Assembly (NCBI GenBank): GCA_029261065.1
Contig: JAJDCB010000030.1
Span: 196,876 to 260,875, forward strand
Origin: Candidatus Omnitrophota bacterium
Lineage (GTDB): Bacteria; Omnitrophota; Gorgyraeia; Zapsychrales; Zapsychraceae
Direction: 5' to 3'
DNA length: 64,000 nucleotides
The notes beneath the pieces are model-generated. The model did no database searches, had not been told where the DNA came from, and saw only the letters and a program-made list of their open reading frames with translations. A program made the translations under genes and the position numbers. Below, in pieces: positions 10,218-19,846 of the stretch (position 1 is the first letter of the stretch; each line of letters begins with the position of its first letter).

Positions 10218-11498
10218 CTATCCCTCAAGTTCCATCATAAACGGTTGCTCAATCGCCTCACACACCCATTTTAAAAACCGAGCGCCATCAGCGCCATCGA
10301 TGATGCGATGGTCGTAGGACAAGGAAAGGGGGAGCTTAAAGCGTGGGATGAATTGTTTATTTTCATAAACAGGTTCCCATCCCCCTCGAGAAACGCCAAG
10401 AATAGAAACTTCAGGCCAATTGACAATTGGTGTAAAACTTGTGCCATAAATGCCACCCAAATTTGTTAAGGTGATACATCCGCCTCGCAAATCATCAATC
10501 ACAGTCTTTTTTGTGCGTGCTTTCTCAGCCATATCGTTTAATTCTTCATGAATTTCAAAAATACTCTTTTTCTCAACATCTCGAATAACAGGAACGAGTA
10601 AGCCTCGATCTGTGTCAACGGCAACGCCAATACTAAAGTATTTTTTATATATAATTTCGTACGTATTCATATCAATGCTGCAATTAAATTGAGGAAATGT
10701 TTTAAGGGCAGCTGCCATGACTTTTAATAGAAACGGCGTGATTGTTAACTTTCGTTCGGGTGTTGAATATTTTTTGCGTAGCTTTTCTAGGTCTGTAATA
10801 TCCGCCTTGCCAAATTGAGTCACATGAGGGATGTTTTGCCAGCAATAGCTTAAATGATCAGCGGTGACTTTTCTAATTTTAGGCATGGGTTCACGATTAA
10901 TCTCACCCCATTTTGAAAAATCTGGTAAAGCTTTCTGTGCCATGCTAGCACCAGACGCGGCTCCACCACCGGATGTGTTTAATTGTTTGGCAAAGGCCTT
11001 AACATCATCTTTTGAAACGCGACCTGAAGGTCCTGTTCCAGGGACTTGGGAGACATCGATGCCAATCTCACGTGCAAATCGTCGAATGGAAGGGGCGGCG
11101 GCGACATCTTTTTGAGCTGGAATAGCTTTTGCTGGTGCTGCTTGTGCCTTAGGAGCAGGCTTTGATTCCGCTTTTGGTGCTTCAGCTTTAGGCTTCTCTG
11201 CTGGAGTTTCTTTTTTTGTAGTTGGAGTTTCCGGTTTGCTTGTCGTCGCTTGTTCTGCAACTTCACCAGCTTCAATGGTCATGGCCAACTGACCAATCTT
11301 CACCTCATCGCCAGCTTTAATATGGATCTCTTTAATGACACCATCTGCTGGAGAGGGAATAGGAAGAGATGCTTTATCTGTCTCAAGCTCCAATAAATCT
11401 TGATCTTTCTTAACGGAATCACCGACAGCGACAGCTAAGCTGACAACTGTTCCTGATTCAATATTTTCACCAACTTCAGGGATTTTAAATTCAAGCAT
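10218..11498 (-). CDS. aceF: pyruvate dehydrogenase E2 dihydrolipoamide acetyltransferase
   Basis: One lipoyl domain (ETDKA), E3-binding AAPSIRRFARE...GTGPSGRV, catalytic DHRIIDG. Confidence 0.95.
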   Translation of the reverse strand: MLEFKIPEVGENIESGTVVSLAVAVGDSVKKDQDLLELETDKASLPIPSPADGVIKEIHIKAGDEVKIGQLAMTIEAGEVAEQATTSKPETPTTKKETPAEKPKAEAPKAESKPAPKAQAAPAKAIPAQKDVAAAPSIRRFAREIGIDVSQVPGTGPSGRVSKDDVKAFAKQLNTSGGGAASGASMAQKALPDFSKWGEINREPMPKIRKVTADHLSYCWQNIPHVTQFGKADITDLEKLRKKYSTPERKLTITPFLLKVMAAALKTFPQFNCSIDMNTYEIIYKKYFSIGVAVDTDRGLLVPVIRDVEKKSIFEIHEELNDMAEKARTKKTVIDDLRGGCITLTNLGGIYGTSFTPIVNWPEVSILGVSRGGWEPVYENKQFIPRFKLPLSLSYDHRIIDGADGARFLKWVCEAIEQPFMMELEG

Positions 11499-11558
11499 GA
11501 TAGTTTCCTTCTTGCAAAGCGGGATTTAAAAAGCACTAATGTCATCTCAAGACAGCAA

Positions 11559-11675
11559 TGTCATCCTCGCGAAAGCGGGGATCCATTAGTAGTTATAAAG
11601 ATTACGAAGTTCCCGCTGGGGCTTACCCAATAGGATTCCCGCTTTCGCGGGAATGACAGATGGAGCGGGGATTAC
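11559..11675. repeat. REP-like cluster
   Basis: GTCATCCTCGCGAAAGCGGGGATCC and GGATTCCCGCTTTCGCGGGAATGAC. Confidence 0.9.
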
Positions 11676-11677
11676 TT

Positions 11678-14359
11678 TTACGAAATCATCGGATTCAATT
11701 TATCCGGATTAATATTCAAATCTTTCGCCGCCTGCTCAACAATACTAGCCTCAATTTTCTTTTCCTTGCATAACTGTCCTAACGCGGTAAAAGCAATGTG
11801 ACGGGCGTCGACTTCAAAGAAATCGCGAAGGGCTTGGCGTGATTCGCTGCGGCCAAAACCGTCTGTTCCAAGAGTGGCATGAGGGTTTAAGATCCATTTG
11901 GAAAGTCCATCAGGCATAATCTTCATGTTATCTGAGGCAAAGACACAAACATCATCGTTTCCTTTAAGGATATCTTGAATGTAAGGCGTCTTTTGTTCTT
12001 TTGTCGGGTTAAGCATGTTGTAACGCTCAACATCCAGACAATCGCGACGGAGTTGATTGTAGCTTGTAATGCTCCAGACATCGGAGGCGACGTCATATTT
12101 TTCTTCTAATATTTTTTGGGCTTCTAACACTTGATTAAGAATCGCCCCACTCCCAAAGAGTTGAACATGCGCTTTGTCGGTCGTTTTTTCTTCACTCTTA
12201 AATTTATACATCCCCTTTATAATGCCTTCTTTAGATCCTTCAGGCATATCTGGCATCGGATAATTTTCGTTACCCACACTAATGTAATAAAAAACATTTT
12301 CTTGTTTTTCATACATGCGATAAATACCTTCTCGGATAATCACGGCAATTTCAAAAGCGTAAGTTGGATGATAAGTAATAATGTTTGGAACGGTGGAAAG
12401 AAGGACATGGCTGTGTCCATCTTGATGTTGTAAACCTTCACCGTTAAGTGTTGTTCGACCAGCTGTACCACCGATAAGAAATCCTCGGCATCGAGAGTCA
12501 GCTGCCAACCAAATCAAATCACCCACGCGTTGAGGGCCAAACATGGAATAATAAATATAGAAGGGAATTGTGTTAATCCCGTGAGTTGAGTACGCTGTTC
12601 CAGCGGCAATAAAAGAGGAGATGGCGCCAGCTTCATTGATGCCTTCTTCTAAAATTTGACCATCGATCGCTTCTTTATAATAGAGAAGACTCTTAGCATC
12701 GACCGGTTCATAAAGTTGTCCAACATGAGAATAGATGCCGAATTGTCTAAATAATCCTTCCATCCCAAATGTTCTCGCTTCATCAGGAATGATAGGAACA
12801 ATGAGTTTTCCGATTTCTGGATCTTTGAGCAATTCTGTGAGGATACCAACATAGGCCATGGTTGTTGAGATGTCACGACCAACCATTTTACTTGTCGCCT
12901 TTTTGAAAAATTCCTCAGAAGGTGTTTTAAGCGGTTCGCTTGTTTCTTGACGAGCTGGCATGTATCCGCCAAGCGCTGTCCGACGTTCTTGAAGATATTT
13001 CATTTCTTCTGAGTCTTCGGCTGGTTTGTAGAAGGGGGCATCAGCGACTTCGTCATCAGAGATAGGAATGCTAAAACGTGTGCGAAATTCGCGCAATTCA
13101 TCTTCGTTTAACTTCTTTTGCTGATGAGTAATGTTTTTCCCTTCACCACTTTCACCAAGCCCGTATCCTTTAATTGTTTTAGCAAGAATAACAGTTGGCG
13201 CGCCCTTAAAATCAGAAGCGGCTTTATAAGCGGTATAAACTTTTTCAGGGTCATGACCACCACGTTTTAAGGTGCGTAATTGTTCGTCGGATAAATTTTT
13301 AACCAAGTCTAGCAATTCAGGATCTTTGCCAAAGAAATCATTACGAATGTATTCGCCGGATTCTACCGAATATTTTTGATATTGTCCGTCAACAACCTCG
13401 CCCATACGTTTAACGAGTAACCCTTGCTCATCATTTTCTAATAGCGGATCCCAGTCTCCTCCCCAAACAACTTTTATGACATTCCATTGGGCCCCACGAA
13501 ATAGCGCTTCAAGCTCTTGAATAATCTTTCCATTACCGCGAACAGGTCCGTCTAAACGTTGAAGGTTACAATTGATGACAAAAACCAAATTATCTAATTT
13601 CTCACGCGAAGCCATCGTTAGCGCCCCTAAAGATTCAGGTTCATCAGATTCCCCATCACCCATGTAGACCCAAATTTTGGCATCGTCTTTTTGTTTTAAT
13701 CCACGATCTTCTAAATAACGCATAAAGCGTGCTTGATAAATACTGCAAATAGGACCTAATCCCATTGATACGGTTGGAAATTGCCAGAAGTTTGGCATCA
13801 ACCAAGGGTGAGGATAAGAGGAGAGACCTTTTTCCTCTTGAAGCTCTCGTCGGAAATTTTTTAGATTTTCTTCGCTTAAACGCCCTTCAACAAAGGCGCG
13901 TGAATACATTCCAGGAGAGGCATGACCTTGAAAATAAACAAAGTCGCCACAAAAGTCTTTAGTGCGCGCGCGAAAGAAATGGTTGTATCCGACTTCATAA
14001 AGAGTCGCTGATGATGCGTACGTTGAAATATGTCCACCAATCCCCGCTTCAGCCCGATTTCCACGCACAACCATAGCCATTGCATTCCAACGAATAATAC
14101 TTTTAATGCGTCGTTCAATTTCTCGATTACCAGGGTAAGTTGGTTGTTTATCTGGGTGAATAGTGTTGACGTAAGGGGTGTTGACGGTAAAGGGAAGGGT
14201 AACGCCGGCTTCTTGAGCACGAATTTGAAGGCGGGCTAATATTTGTTGAGCTTGATCTTTCGATCCATTCTTTAAAACATATTCAAGAGAACTTAACCAC
14301 TCTTGAACTTCTATTTCATCGACCTCAGTGGATCGGTTGTTGACGCCATCTGGACTCAT
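11678..14359 (-). CDS. aceE: pyruvate dehydrogenase E1, homodimeric type
   Basis: GGHISTYAS, FQGHASPG, SSYPHPWLMP, GDGESDE TPP motif, NLQRLDGPVRGNGKIIQELE. Confidence 0.97.
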   Translation of the reverse strand: MSPDGVNNRSTEVDEIEVQEWLSSLEYVLKNGSKDQAQQILARLQIRAQEAGVTLPFTVNTPYVNTIHPDKQPTYPGNREIERRIKSIIRWNAMAMVVRGNRAEAGIGGHISTYASSATLYEVGYNHFFRARTKDFCGDFVYFQGHASPGMYSRAFVEGRLSEENLKNFRRELQEEKGLSSYPHPWLMPNFWQFPTVSMGLGPICSIYQARFMRYLEDRGLKQKDDAKIWVYMGDGESDEPESLGALTMASREKLDNLVFVINCNLQRLDGPVRGNGKIIQELEALFRGAQWNVIKVVWGGDWDPLLENDEQGLLVKRMGEVVDGQYQKYSVESGEYIRNDFFGKDPELLDLVKNLSDEQLRTLKRGGHDPEKVYTAYKAASDFKGAPTVILAKTIKGYGLGESGEGKNITHQQKKLNEDELREFRTRFSIPISDDEVADAPFYKPAEDSEEMKYLQERRTALGGYMPARQETSEPLKTPSEEFFKKATSKMVGRDISTTMAYVGILTELLKDPEIGKLIVPIIPDEARTFGMEGLFRQFGIYSHVGQLYEPVDAKSLLYYKEAIDGQILEEGINEAGAISSFIAAGTAYSTHGINTIPFYIYYSMFGPQRVGDLIWLAADSRCRGFLIGGTAGRTTLNGEGLQHQDGHSHVLLSTVPNIITYHPTYAFEIAVIIREGIYRMYEKQENVFYYISVGNENYPMPDMPEGSKEGIIKGMYKFKSEEKTTDKAHVQLFGSGAILNQVLEAQKILEEKYDVASDVWSITSYNQLRRDCLDVERYNMLNPTKEQKTPYIQDILKGNDDVCVFASDNMKIMPDGLSKWILNPHATLGTDGFGRSESRQALRDFFEVDARHIAFTALGQLCKEKKIEASIVEQAAKDLNINPDKLNPMIS

Positions 14360-14391
14360 AGGAATTCCTTATGATTGGTTATAATGATTAG

Positions 14392-14477
14392 AGTGATAGA
14401 GTGGTAAAGTGATAGAGTGGTAAGAATTGCGGAATTAACTCCATACTATCACTTTATCACTCTACCACTTTATCACT
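14392..14477. repeat. inverted tandem 8-mer repeat
   Basis: AGTGATAG AGTGGTAA x2 ... CTATCACT TTATCACT CTACCACT TTATCACT. Confidence 0.85.
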
Positions 14478-14626
14478 TTTTTTGTCTCAAGTTCACAGCA
14501 TTGTATTATGGTTTGGGGCAATGTGCAAGAATTAAATGAGGGGATGTTGATGGGGAGAAGCAAATAAGTGTCCTTCGTCCTTGTCTTGTATTTTATTTTT
14601 GCCTTGCATGTTATTCGTGCCCTGTA

Positions 14627-14730
14627 TGTCATTTCCGCCCCATATGTCATTCCCGCGAAAGCGGGAATCTCCTGGAGCCAAGTTTGTTATAAAACCCTAT
14701 TTCAGATCTCGGATTAAGTCTGGTACGACA
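14627..14730. repeat. REP-like cluster
   Basis: Close copy of the 1799-1891 element. Confidence 0.88.
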
Positions 14731-14747
14731 AGCTCAACATAATTTCT

Positions 14748-15767
14748 CTACACCACATGAGCCAACCCCGCATTAAGAAGCTCTTGATTAAGATACTTCC
14801 CTTTTTGTGCCACAATTTTGGCATCAGTTTCGTTCTTTAAATAAAAAACATCCACCAGGTAACGATCGTATTTATCGGTGGTGTAGGTTTTGTGGGTTTT
14901 GATGATGAGGGGAGAGGCGTTTTTAAGCTGTGCCTCTACAAAATTTTTGGCTTTGGCGCCTTTGGCAGATGACATCTCTGGGGTGTTGATGTGACGCAGG
15001 CGTAATCGTTGGCTGATGAAGGTGTTAAATCCGCAATCAATGATCGCGATTAAGGTATCGCCATCCACGACTCTTTGAAGATGGGCTTTGTAACAAAAAC
15101 GTTGATCGTCATCGCTGGTCACGCGATTTATTTTGGTTCCATTAACGTGAAGATAATCTTGATCCTTTAGGCGGATGCCTTTAAGGGGAGGCAGAGGTTT
15201 TAAAATTTTAAAACCGCAATCCACAAAGAGGGGCGCGTTCTTTGAAGGGATTTCAGGGACGCTTATCACTTGATAAGTGTTTAATTGGCCTCGGGTAAAA
15301 GCTAACGTTGGAGGATTTTGTGATATTTGATGAATGCGTTCACGTGTTTTGAGTGTTGTAATCTGCTGAGCTAATTCGTTAGAATTCCAATTGTTTTTTA
15401 GGGCGCGATTTTCTATCTGTAGTCTTTGTTGATCATCTTTGACGGTGAGTAAAAGCTTGTACTTGGTCCATTCCAATTCTGGCCGCGCGGCCAGTTTTGG
15501 GTAGGTTTGATAAAATTTAACCACCCGCCACAAGAGGCTCCCGCTACAATTTAAATCTTCCGCCAATCGTTCAATCACCGTCTTCCCGTATTCGGGCTTT
15601 GCCGCATTCTCCAAAATATGCTCTGAAATATATTGTCCGACACTCCAATAAGTCCCCACCGTTTCTTGTTTGATTAACCTCTCTAACCCCATCAACCGAT
15701 CCTTCACCCGCACCAACAATGTTGAATATTTAGAACCAAGTGCAATGACATTCTTTTTTTTAGGCAT
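14748..15767 (-). CDS. DUF1016 (YhcG) N-terminal domain fused to thermonuclease (SNase) domain
   Basis: YWSVGQYI..YGKTVIERLAEDL..LEWTKYKLLL..WNSNELAQQI (DUF1016_N); RVVDGDT, RLRHINTPE, DKYDRYL, NQELLNAGLA (SNase). Confidence 0.85.
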   Translation of the reverse strand: MPKKKNVIALGSKYSTLLVRVKDRLMGLERLIKQETVGTYWSVGQYISEHILENAAKPEYGKTVIERLAEDLNCSGSLLWRVVKFYQTYPKLAARPELEWTKYKLLLTVKDDQQRLQIENRALKNNWNSNELAQQITTLKTRERIHQISQNPPTLAFTRGQLNTYQVISVPEIPSKNAPLFVDCGFKILKPLPPLKGIRLKDQDYLHVNGTKINRVTSDDDQRFCYKAHLQRVVDGDTLIAIIDCGFNTFISQRLRLRHINTPEMSSAKGAKAKNFVEAQLKNASPLIIKTHKTYTTDKYDRYLVDVFYLKNETDAKIVAQKGKYLNQELLNAGLAHVV

Positions 15768-15769
15768 CT

Positions 15770-16012
15770 TTAATTTCCTTTCCAGTCTAATGGTTTGCTA
15801 CCACCGACACTCATGCAGAGGTCTTTGACTTCTTTGAGCCCGTAAATAATAAGATATTCATCTTCAGTGGGTTTAAATTCTTCACTTAGCATGTCTACAG
15901 GGCGGCCGGCAATTCTCGCTTTGAGATATTGTTTGCAGTCATTGATGTACATGCAGACTTCCTTTTTAAAACTTCCTGTCCAAAATTCTGTTGGGATCTC
16001 ATCTTTATTCAT
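15770..16012 (-). CDS. small hypothetical protein, probably co-transcribed with the nuclease gene
   Basis: 80 aa, AAGGA SD, stop 2 nt before the next ATG. Confidence 0.65.
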   Translation of the reverse strand: MNKDEIPTEFWTGSFKKEVCMYINDCKQYLKARIAGRPVDMLSEEFKPTEDEYLIIYGLKEVKDLCMSVGGSKPLDWKGN

Positions 16013-16297
16013 GCGATGTTTCCTTTTCTTGTGTGTTGGTTAATTTTTATAAGTATACGTATCATTTAAAAACCTGTCAACGTTGCGTTGATGGAGGGGG
16101 TGTTTGATGTTAAACTGGAGCATAATCTGTGACACCTGTCATTATTCATACAAAAGAAATAAACTCTTTCCATTTTGGAAACAGTTTAAAATGAGGGGAT
16201 GAAGGGATCTGGTACTAAAATACTGATTTAGCTAAAGAAAGTAGAATGCTGAGTAAGTTGGATGAAATTTAAGCTAATAAACAAAGGATAAATAATT

Positions 16298-17551
16298 ATG
16301 AAACGGATAGTTCTTATGGCAGTATTCTTATGCATAATACAAATTGCATTTGCTCAGGAAAAGCTAAAAGATGGAGTTTTTAATGATTATTACGACAGCG
16401 TTAGTTTGAAGGAGGAAGTCATATATAACAATGCTGAAAAGCATGGTCCTTTTAAAAAGTATTATGAAAATGGGAGTCTTTATAGTGAAGGTGTATATGT
16501 TAATGGAAAGTTATATGGAATAGTAAAATATTATTACGACAATGGGCAGTTACATAAAGAAGTAGAATATCTGGATGGAAAGAGGAACGGTGTTGAAAAG
16601 ACCTATACAAATCCGAATCAAGGAATTGGAACAGAATCTTATTTGTATAGTGAGATTGGATATAAGGATAACAAATATCATGGTGTCTATAAAACATACT
16701 ATCCTAACGGGCAAATAATAGTTGAAAAGCAGATTGTTAATCAAAAAGAAGAGGGTGAATTAAAAGAATATTATCAAGATGGTTCATTGAAACAAAAAAG
16801 CATTGTCAAGAATGGTCGTCCTGTTGAAGAAAAGAACTTTGATGAAAGTGGTAATCTCCTTCCCAGTGGTTTTAGAGATGGAATGTATTGGCAGTATGAT
16901 GTAAGTGGAAAATTAAAATTAACTCATGAACCTGTTTATAATAGTAAAGATGGAATTATGGGAATATATCGTTATTATTATCCAAATGAAAAAATTAAAT
17001 TAGAGATACCAATTACTAAAGGTGGAAGTGAGTTAGGCTTTTGTGTTCATGGCCTTATGAAAATCTATTTTGAAGATGGTCAGTTAAAAGATGAGGTTAG
17101 GTTTAGAGATTGCAAAGAAGATGGTGGCGTTCAGCGATTTTATAATAATGGGCAGTTAAGAGAAAAAGGTGTTTACAAAGAGGGTGAATGGCTTAAAGTA
17201 AAAAGATTTAACAGAAAAGGCGAAGAACTTGCTAAAGGCCCCACAATACATATTGAGTTTGATAAAGGAAAGTATATTTCAGGGGATATAGTTACAATTT
17301 ATATTGATAATAATTTAAATAGCCATGTAAGATTAGCGTGGCTTTTTATTTGTGCAGAAGGCGATAGTGATTGGGATTGCAAATCTAAGAACTCTGATAT
17401 TAGCGGTAGTACTATTGATAAGGGTGAAACGATGATTGTAGAATTAAAAGCTGATGAACTAACCCCTGGTAAAGGTAAATTTAGAGTTTCATATGCAACG
17501 GATGGTGAATATCCCTTTTTCGAATCCCAAGAGTTTATTTTCACTAAATAA
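16298..17551 (+). CDS. secreted MORN-variant repeat (YwqK-like) protein with C-terminal beta-sandwich-like domain
   Basis: Signal peptide (..IAFA); many YYxNGxL repeats. Confidence 0.85.
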   Translation: MKRIVLMAVFLCIIQIAFAQEKLKDGVFNDYYDSVSLKEEVIYNNAEKHGPFKKYYENGSLYSEGVYVNGKLYGIVKYYYDNGQLHKEVEYLDGKRNGVEKTYTNPNQGIGTESYLYSEIGYKDNKYHGVYKTYYPNGQIIVEKQIVNQKEEGELKEYYQDGSLKQKSIVKNGRPVEEKNFDESGNLLPSGFRDGMYWQYDVSGKLKLTHEPVYNSKDGIMGIYRYYYPNEKIKLEIPITKGGSELGFCVHGLMKIYFEDGQLKDEVRFRDCKEDGGVQRFYNNGQLREKGVYKEGEWLKVKRFNRKGEELAKGPTIHIEFDKGKYISGDIVTIYIDNNLNSHVRLAWLFICAEGDSDWDCKSKNSDISGSTIDKGETMIVELKADELTPGKGKFRVSYATDGEYPFFESQEFIFTK

Positions 17552-17608
17552 GGTTGTCTTAAGAAAAGAATAGAATAGGTGACAGCTTAGATTCAAAAGA
17601 GTGCAAAA

Positions 17609-17660
17609 ATAATCCGTGACAGGCACTCATTATTGAAATAGCGTGCCTGTCACTATTAAT
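17609..17660. repeat. GTGACAGGCAC/GTGCCTGTCAC hairpin repeat, copy 1
   Basis: ATAATCCGTGACAGGCACTCATTATT-N6-GCGTGCCTGTCACTATTAAT. Confidence 0.92.
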
Positions 17661-17699
17661 ATGTTACTTTACTCGTCCCAAAGTCAAAGAGCAGTTTAA

Positions 17700-18413
17700 A
17701 TGAAAAAAGTAATGCTAATTTTAATAATTATGTTTTGTTCAGTGAGCTCTTGGGCGGGGCCTATTTGTGATGGCGCAAAAGAATGTGCTAAATTACAGAT
17801 AAAGGTTGTTGAGCAAGTCGTTAATCCTGTTAATTATGTTATTGCGGCTAAAGGTGATCTTAATGCTACGAAAAGATTGATTGCTGATGTTCAGAAGTTA
17901 TCTTTTGACGTTTACAAGGTTAATTATGTTCCCGAAAAGGTCAAAGTAAAAAAGACGCATATTGCTGGGTATTACAGGGAGTTAGATGACATTCAAATAG
18001 AAACTGTTCTTAAACGGAGAAGTCGCAAACGATGGCTAGAGGATGACTATACGCCAGATGCTTGGAAGAAACGGTGGGCCGTTATAAATCAGTTTAAAGT
18101 TAAAGGCGAATTCGGATATCCAGAACGGTGTCCCTCATCGTACACACCTAAGAAGAATAAAAAGTTTTCAGACAAGTGTGAATTCTTAATAGAAACAAAA
18201 AGTGGGCTACGACTGTACAAGAACTCTCGTCATAGTAGTTACGGAGATATTGTTTATACCAGAATAAATAATACTTATATTGTTTTTTCATATTTTAGAA
18301 AATTAAGAAAAGAGGATGCTTCAGAAATAGCAAAGGTGTTTGATGCGTTAACCGTGTTTAATAAAAAAGAATTAAAAAAACAGCAAGTGAGTCATTTAAG
18401 CATACTAAGATAA
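17700..18413 (+). CDS. hypothetical secreted protein
   Basis: Signal peptide ..SSWA, 237 aa, several cysteines. Confidence 0.75.
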   Translation: MKKVMLILIIMFCSVSSWAGPICDGAKECAKLQIKVVEQVVNPVNYVIAAKGDLNATKRLIADVQKLSFDVYKVNYVPEKVKVKKTHIAGYYRELDDIQIETVLKRRSRKRWLEDDYTPDAWKKRWAVINQFKVKGEFGYPERCPSSYTPKKNKKFSDKCEFLIETKSGLRLYKNSRHSSYGDIVYTRINNTYIVFSYFRKLRKEDASEIAKVFDALTVFNKKELKKQQVSHLSILR

Positions 18414-18421
18414 AGATAGAG

Positions 18422-18473
18422 ATAATCCGTGACAGGCACTCATTATTTAAAAAGCGTGCCTGTCACTATTAAT
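18422..18473. repeat. GTGACAGGCAC hairpin repeat, copy 2
   Basis: Identical to copy 1 except in the A-rich loop. Confidence 0.92.
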
Positions 18474-18490
18474 TTTTCTGGAGAACGGAA

Positions 18491-19072
18491 ATGACTAAAT
18501 CAAAACAAAAAAAAGTGCGGTGCGCGTGGGTTGGGGCAAGTAAACCCCTTTACGAGGAGTATCATGATGCCGAGTGGGGTGTGCCGGTGCATGATGATCG
18601 GGTGCATTTTGAGTTTTTGATTTTGGAAGGGGCGCAGGCGGGGTTAAGTTGGTATACGATTTTGCAGAGAAGAGAGGGGTATCGTAAAGCGTTTAAGGGG
18701 TTTGATGCGCAAAAAGTTGCTAAGATGACAGATGCGCAATTGGAAAAGCAGTTGTTGAATCCTGGAATTATTCGTAATCGTCTTAAAGTTTTTTCCGCTC
18801 GTAAAAATGCACAAGTGTTTCTCAAAATTCAAAAAGAATTTGGTAGTTTTGATAAGTATGTTTGGTCTTTTGTTGGGGGTAAGCCCATCATCAATAAACG
18901 GAAGACCTTAAAAAATTTACCTGCTACAACTCCTGAAAGCGACGCCCTCTCCAAAGACCTCAAAAAACGAGGCATGTCCTTTGTTGGATCAACCATCATC
19001 TACGCGCACATGCAAGCCACGGGGTTGGTTAATGATCATACGGTGGATTGTTGGCGGCACCATAATCCGTGA
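18491..19072 (+). CDS. tag: DNA-3-methyladenine glycosylase I
   Basis: RCAW, YHDAEWG, LEGAQAGLSW, IIRNRLK, GLVNDH..C. Confidence 0.96.
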   Translation: MTKSKQKKVRCAWVGASKPLYEEYHDAEWGVPVHDDRVHFEFLILEGAQAGLSWYTILQRREGYRKAFKGFDAQKVAKMTDAQLEKQLLNPGIIRNRLKVFSARKNAQVFLKIQKEFGSFDKYVWSFVGGKPIINKRKTLKNLPATTPESDALSKDLKKRGMSFVGSTIIYAHMQATGLVNDHTVDCWRHHNP

Positions 19073-19114
19073 CAGGCACTCATTATTGGAAAAAGCGTGC
19101 CTGTCACTATTAAT
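19062..19114. repeat. GTGACAGGCAC hairpin repeat, copy 3 (supplies the tag stop codon)
   Basis: Same sequence; the TGA at 19070-72 lies inside the repeat. Confidence 0.92.
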
Positions 19115-19158
19115 CCGATCCCTACCAATTTTATTATTTCCTGTTATAATATCTGACT

Positions 19159-19614
19159 ATGTCAAGCGCTATTGCCACCAACAAAAAAGCTTTTCGCGAT
19201 TTTTTCCTCTCTGATAAATGGGAATGCGGGATTGCCCTTTTAGGTGGTGAGGTTAAATCCATTCGAGCCGGGCATGTCAATTTTAAAGATACCTTTGCTC
19301 GCATCGATAAAGGCGAGATCTTTCTTTATAACCTTCATATTGAGCAATATAACGCTGCCAGCCACATGAATAAAGAGCCGGATCGCGTGCGTAAACTTTT
19401 GATGCATAAGAAAGAAATTAAGCGTCTTGAAGGTAAACTAAATCAGCAGGTGGGAACGCTCATTCCAACGAAGATTTATTTTAATAAGCGAGGCTTAATT
19501 AAGGTTGAGATTGCCTTGGGACGAGGAAAGAAGCTTTATGATAAGCGTGAAGCGATTAAGAAGCGGGATGTGGATCGCCAGATTGGGCGGGAGATGCGTA
19601 ATCGGCGGGGGTGA
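19159..19614 (+). CDS. smpB: SsrA-binding protein
   Basis: IATNKKA, GIALLGGEVKSIR, RKLLMHKKEI, GKKLYDKR; extended -10 TGTTATAAT 8 nt before ATG. Confidence 0.97.
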   Translation: MSSAIATNKKAFRDFFLSDKWECGIALLGGEVKSIRAGHVNFKDTFARIDKGEIFLYNLHIEQYNAASHMNKEPDRVRKLLMHKKEIKRLEGKLNQQVGTLIPTKIYFNKRGLIKVEIALGRGKKLYDKREAIKKRDVDRQIGREMRNRRG

Positions 19615-19817
19615 TTGAGTGATAGAGCTAATTAGTGATAGAGTGGTAGAGTGGTAAGAGGGTATTGAAAAGGAAGTTAGTGATAGGTTCTTATCTATTT
19701 GTAAATATTTAATTTAACACCAATAAGCATTCAATCAACTCTATCACGTTACCACTCTACCACTCTACCACTCTACCACTTTACCACTTTATCACTCTAT
19801 CACTTAATCACTAACTC
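19611..19817. repeat. inverted tandem 8-mer repeat (long copy)
   Basis: AGTGATAG/AGTGGTAG run followed by a CTACCACT/TTATCACT run. Confidence 0.85.
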
Positions 19818-19846
19818 CCCTTATCAAAACAACCAACAACATACTC

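Noticed and set aside
8398-14239. Numerous short antisense or alternate-frame ORFs within lpdA/aceF/aceE and other long genes
   Set aside because: They are shadow ORFs fully overlapping well-supported genes, with no motifs or start signals.
16298-17551. YwqK antitoxin of a polymorphic toxin system
   Set aside because: MORN-variant repeats are generic, the protein has a signal peptide, and no cognate toxin gene is adjacent on that strand.
17609-19114. CRISPR array or classical integron
   Set aside because: The repeats are separated by whole genes rather than 30-40 nt spacers. There are no cas genes, no intI and no RYYYAAC/GTTRRRY attC ends.
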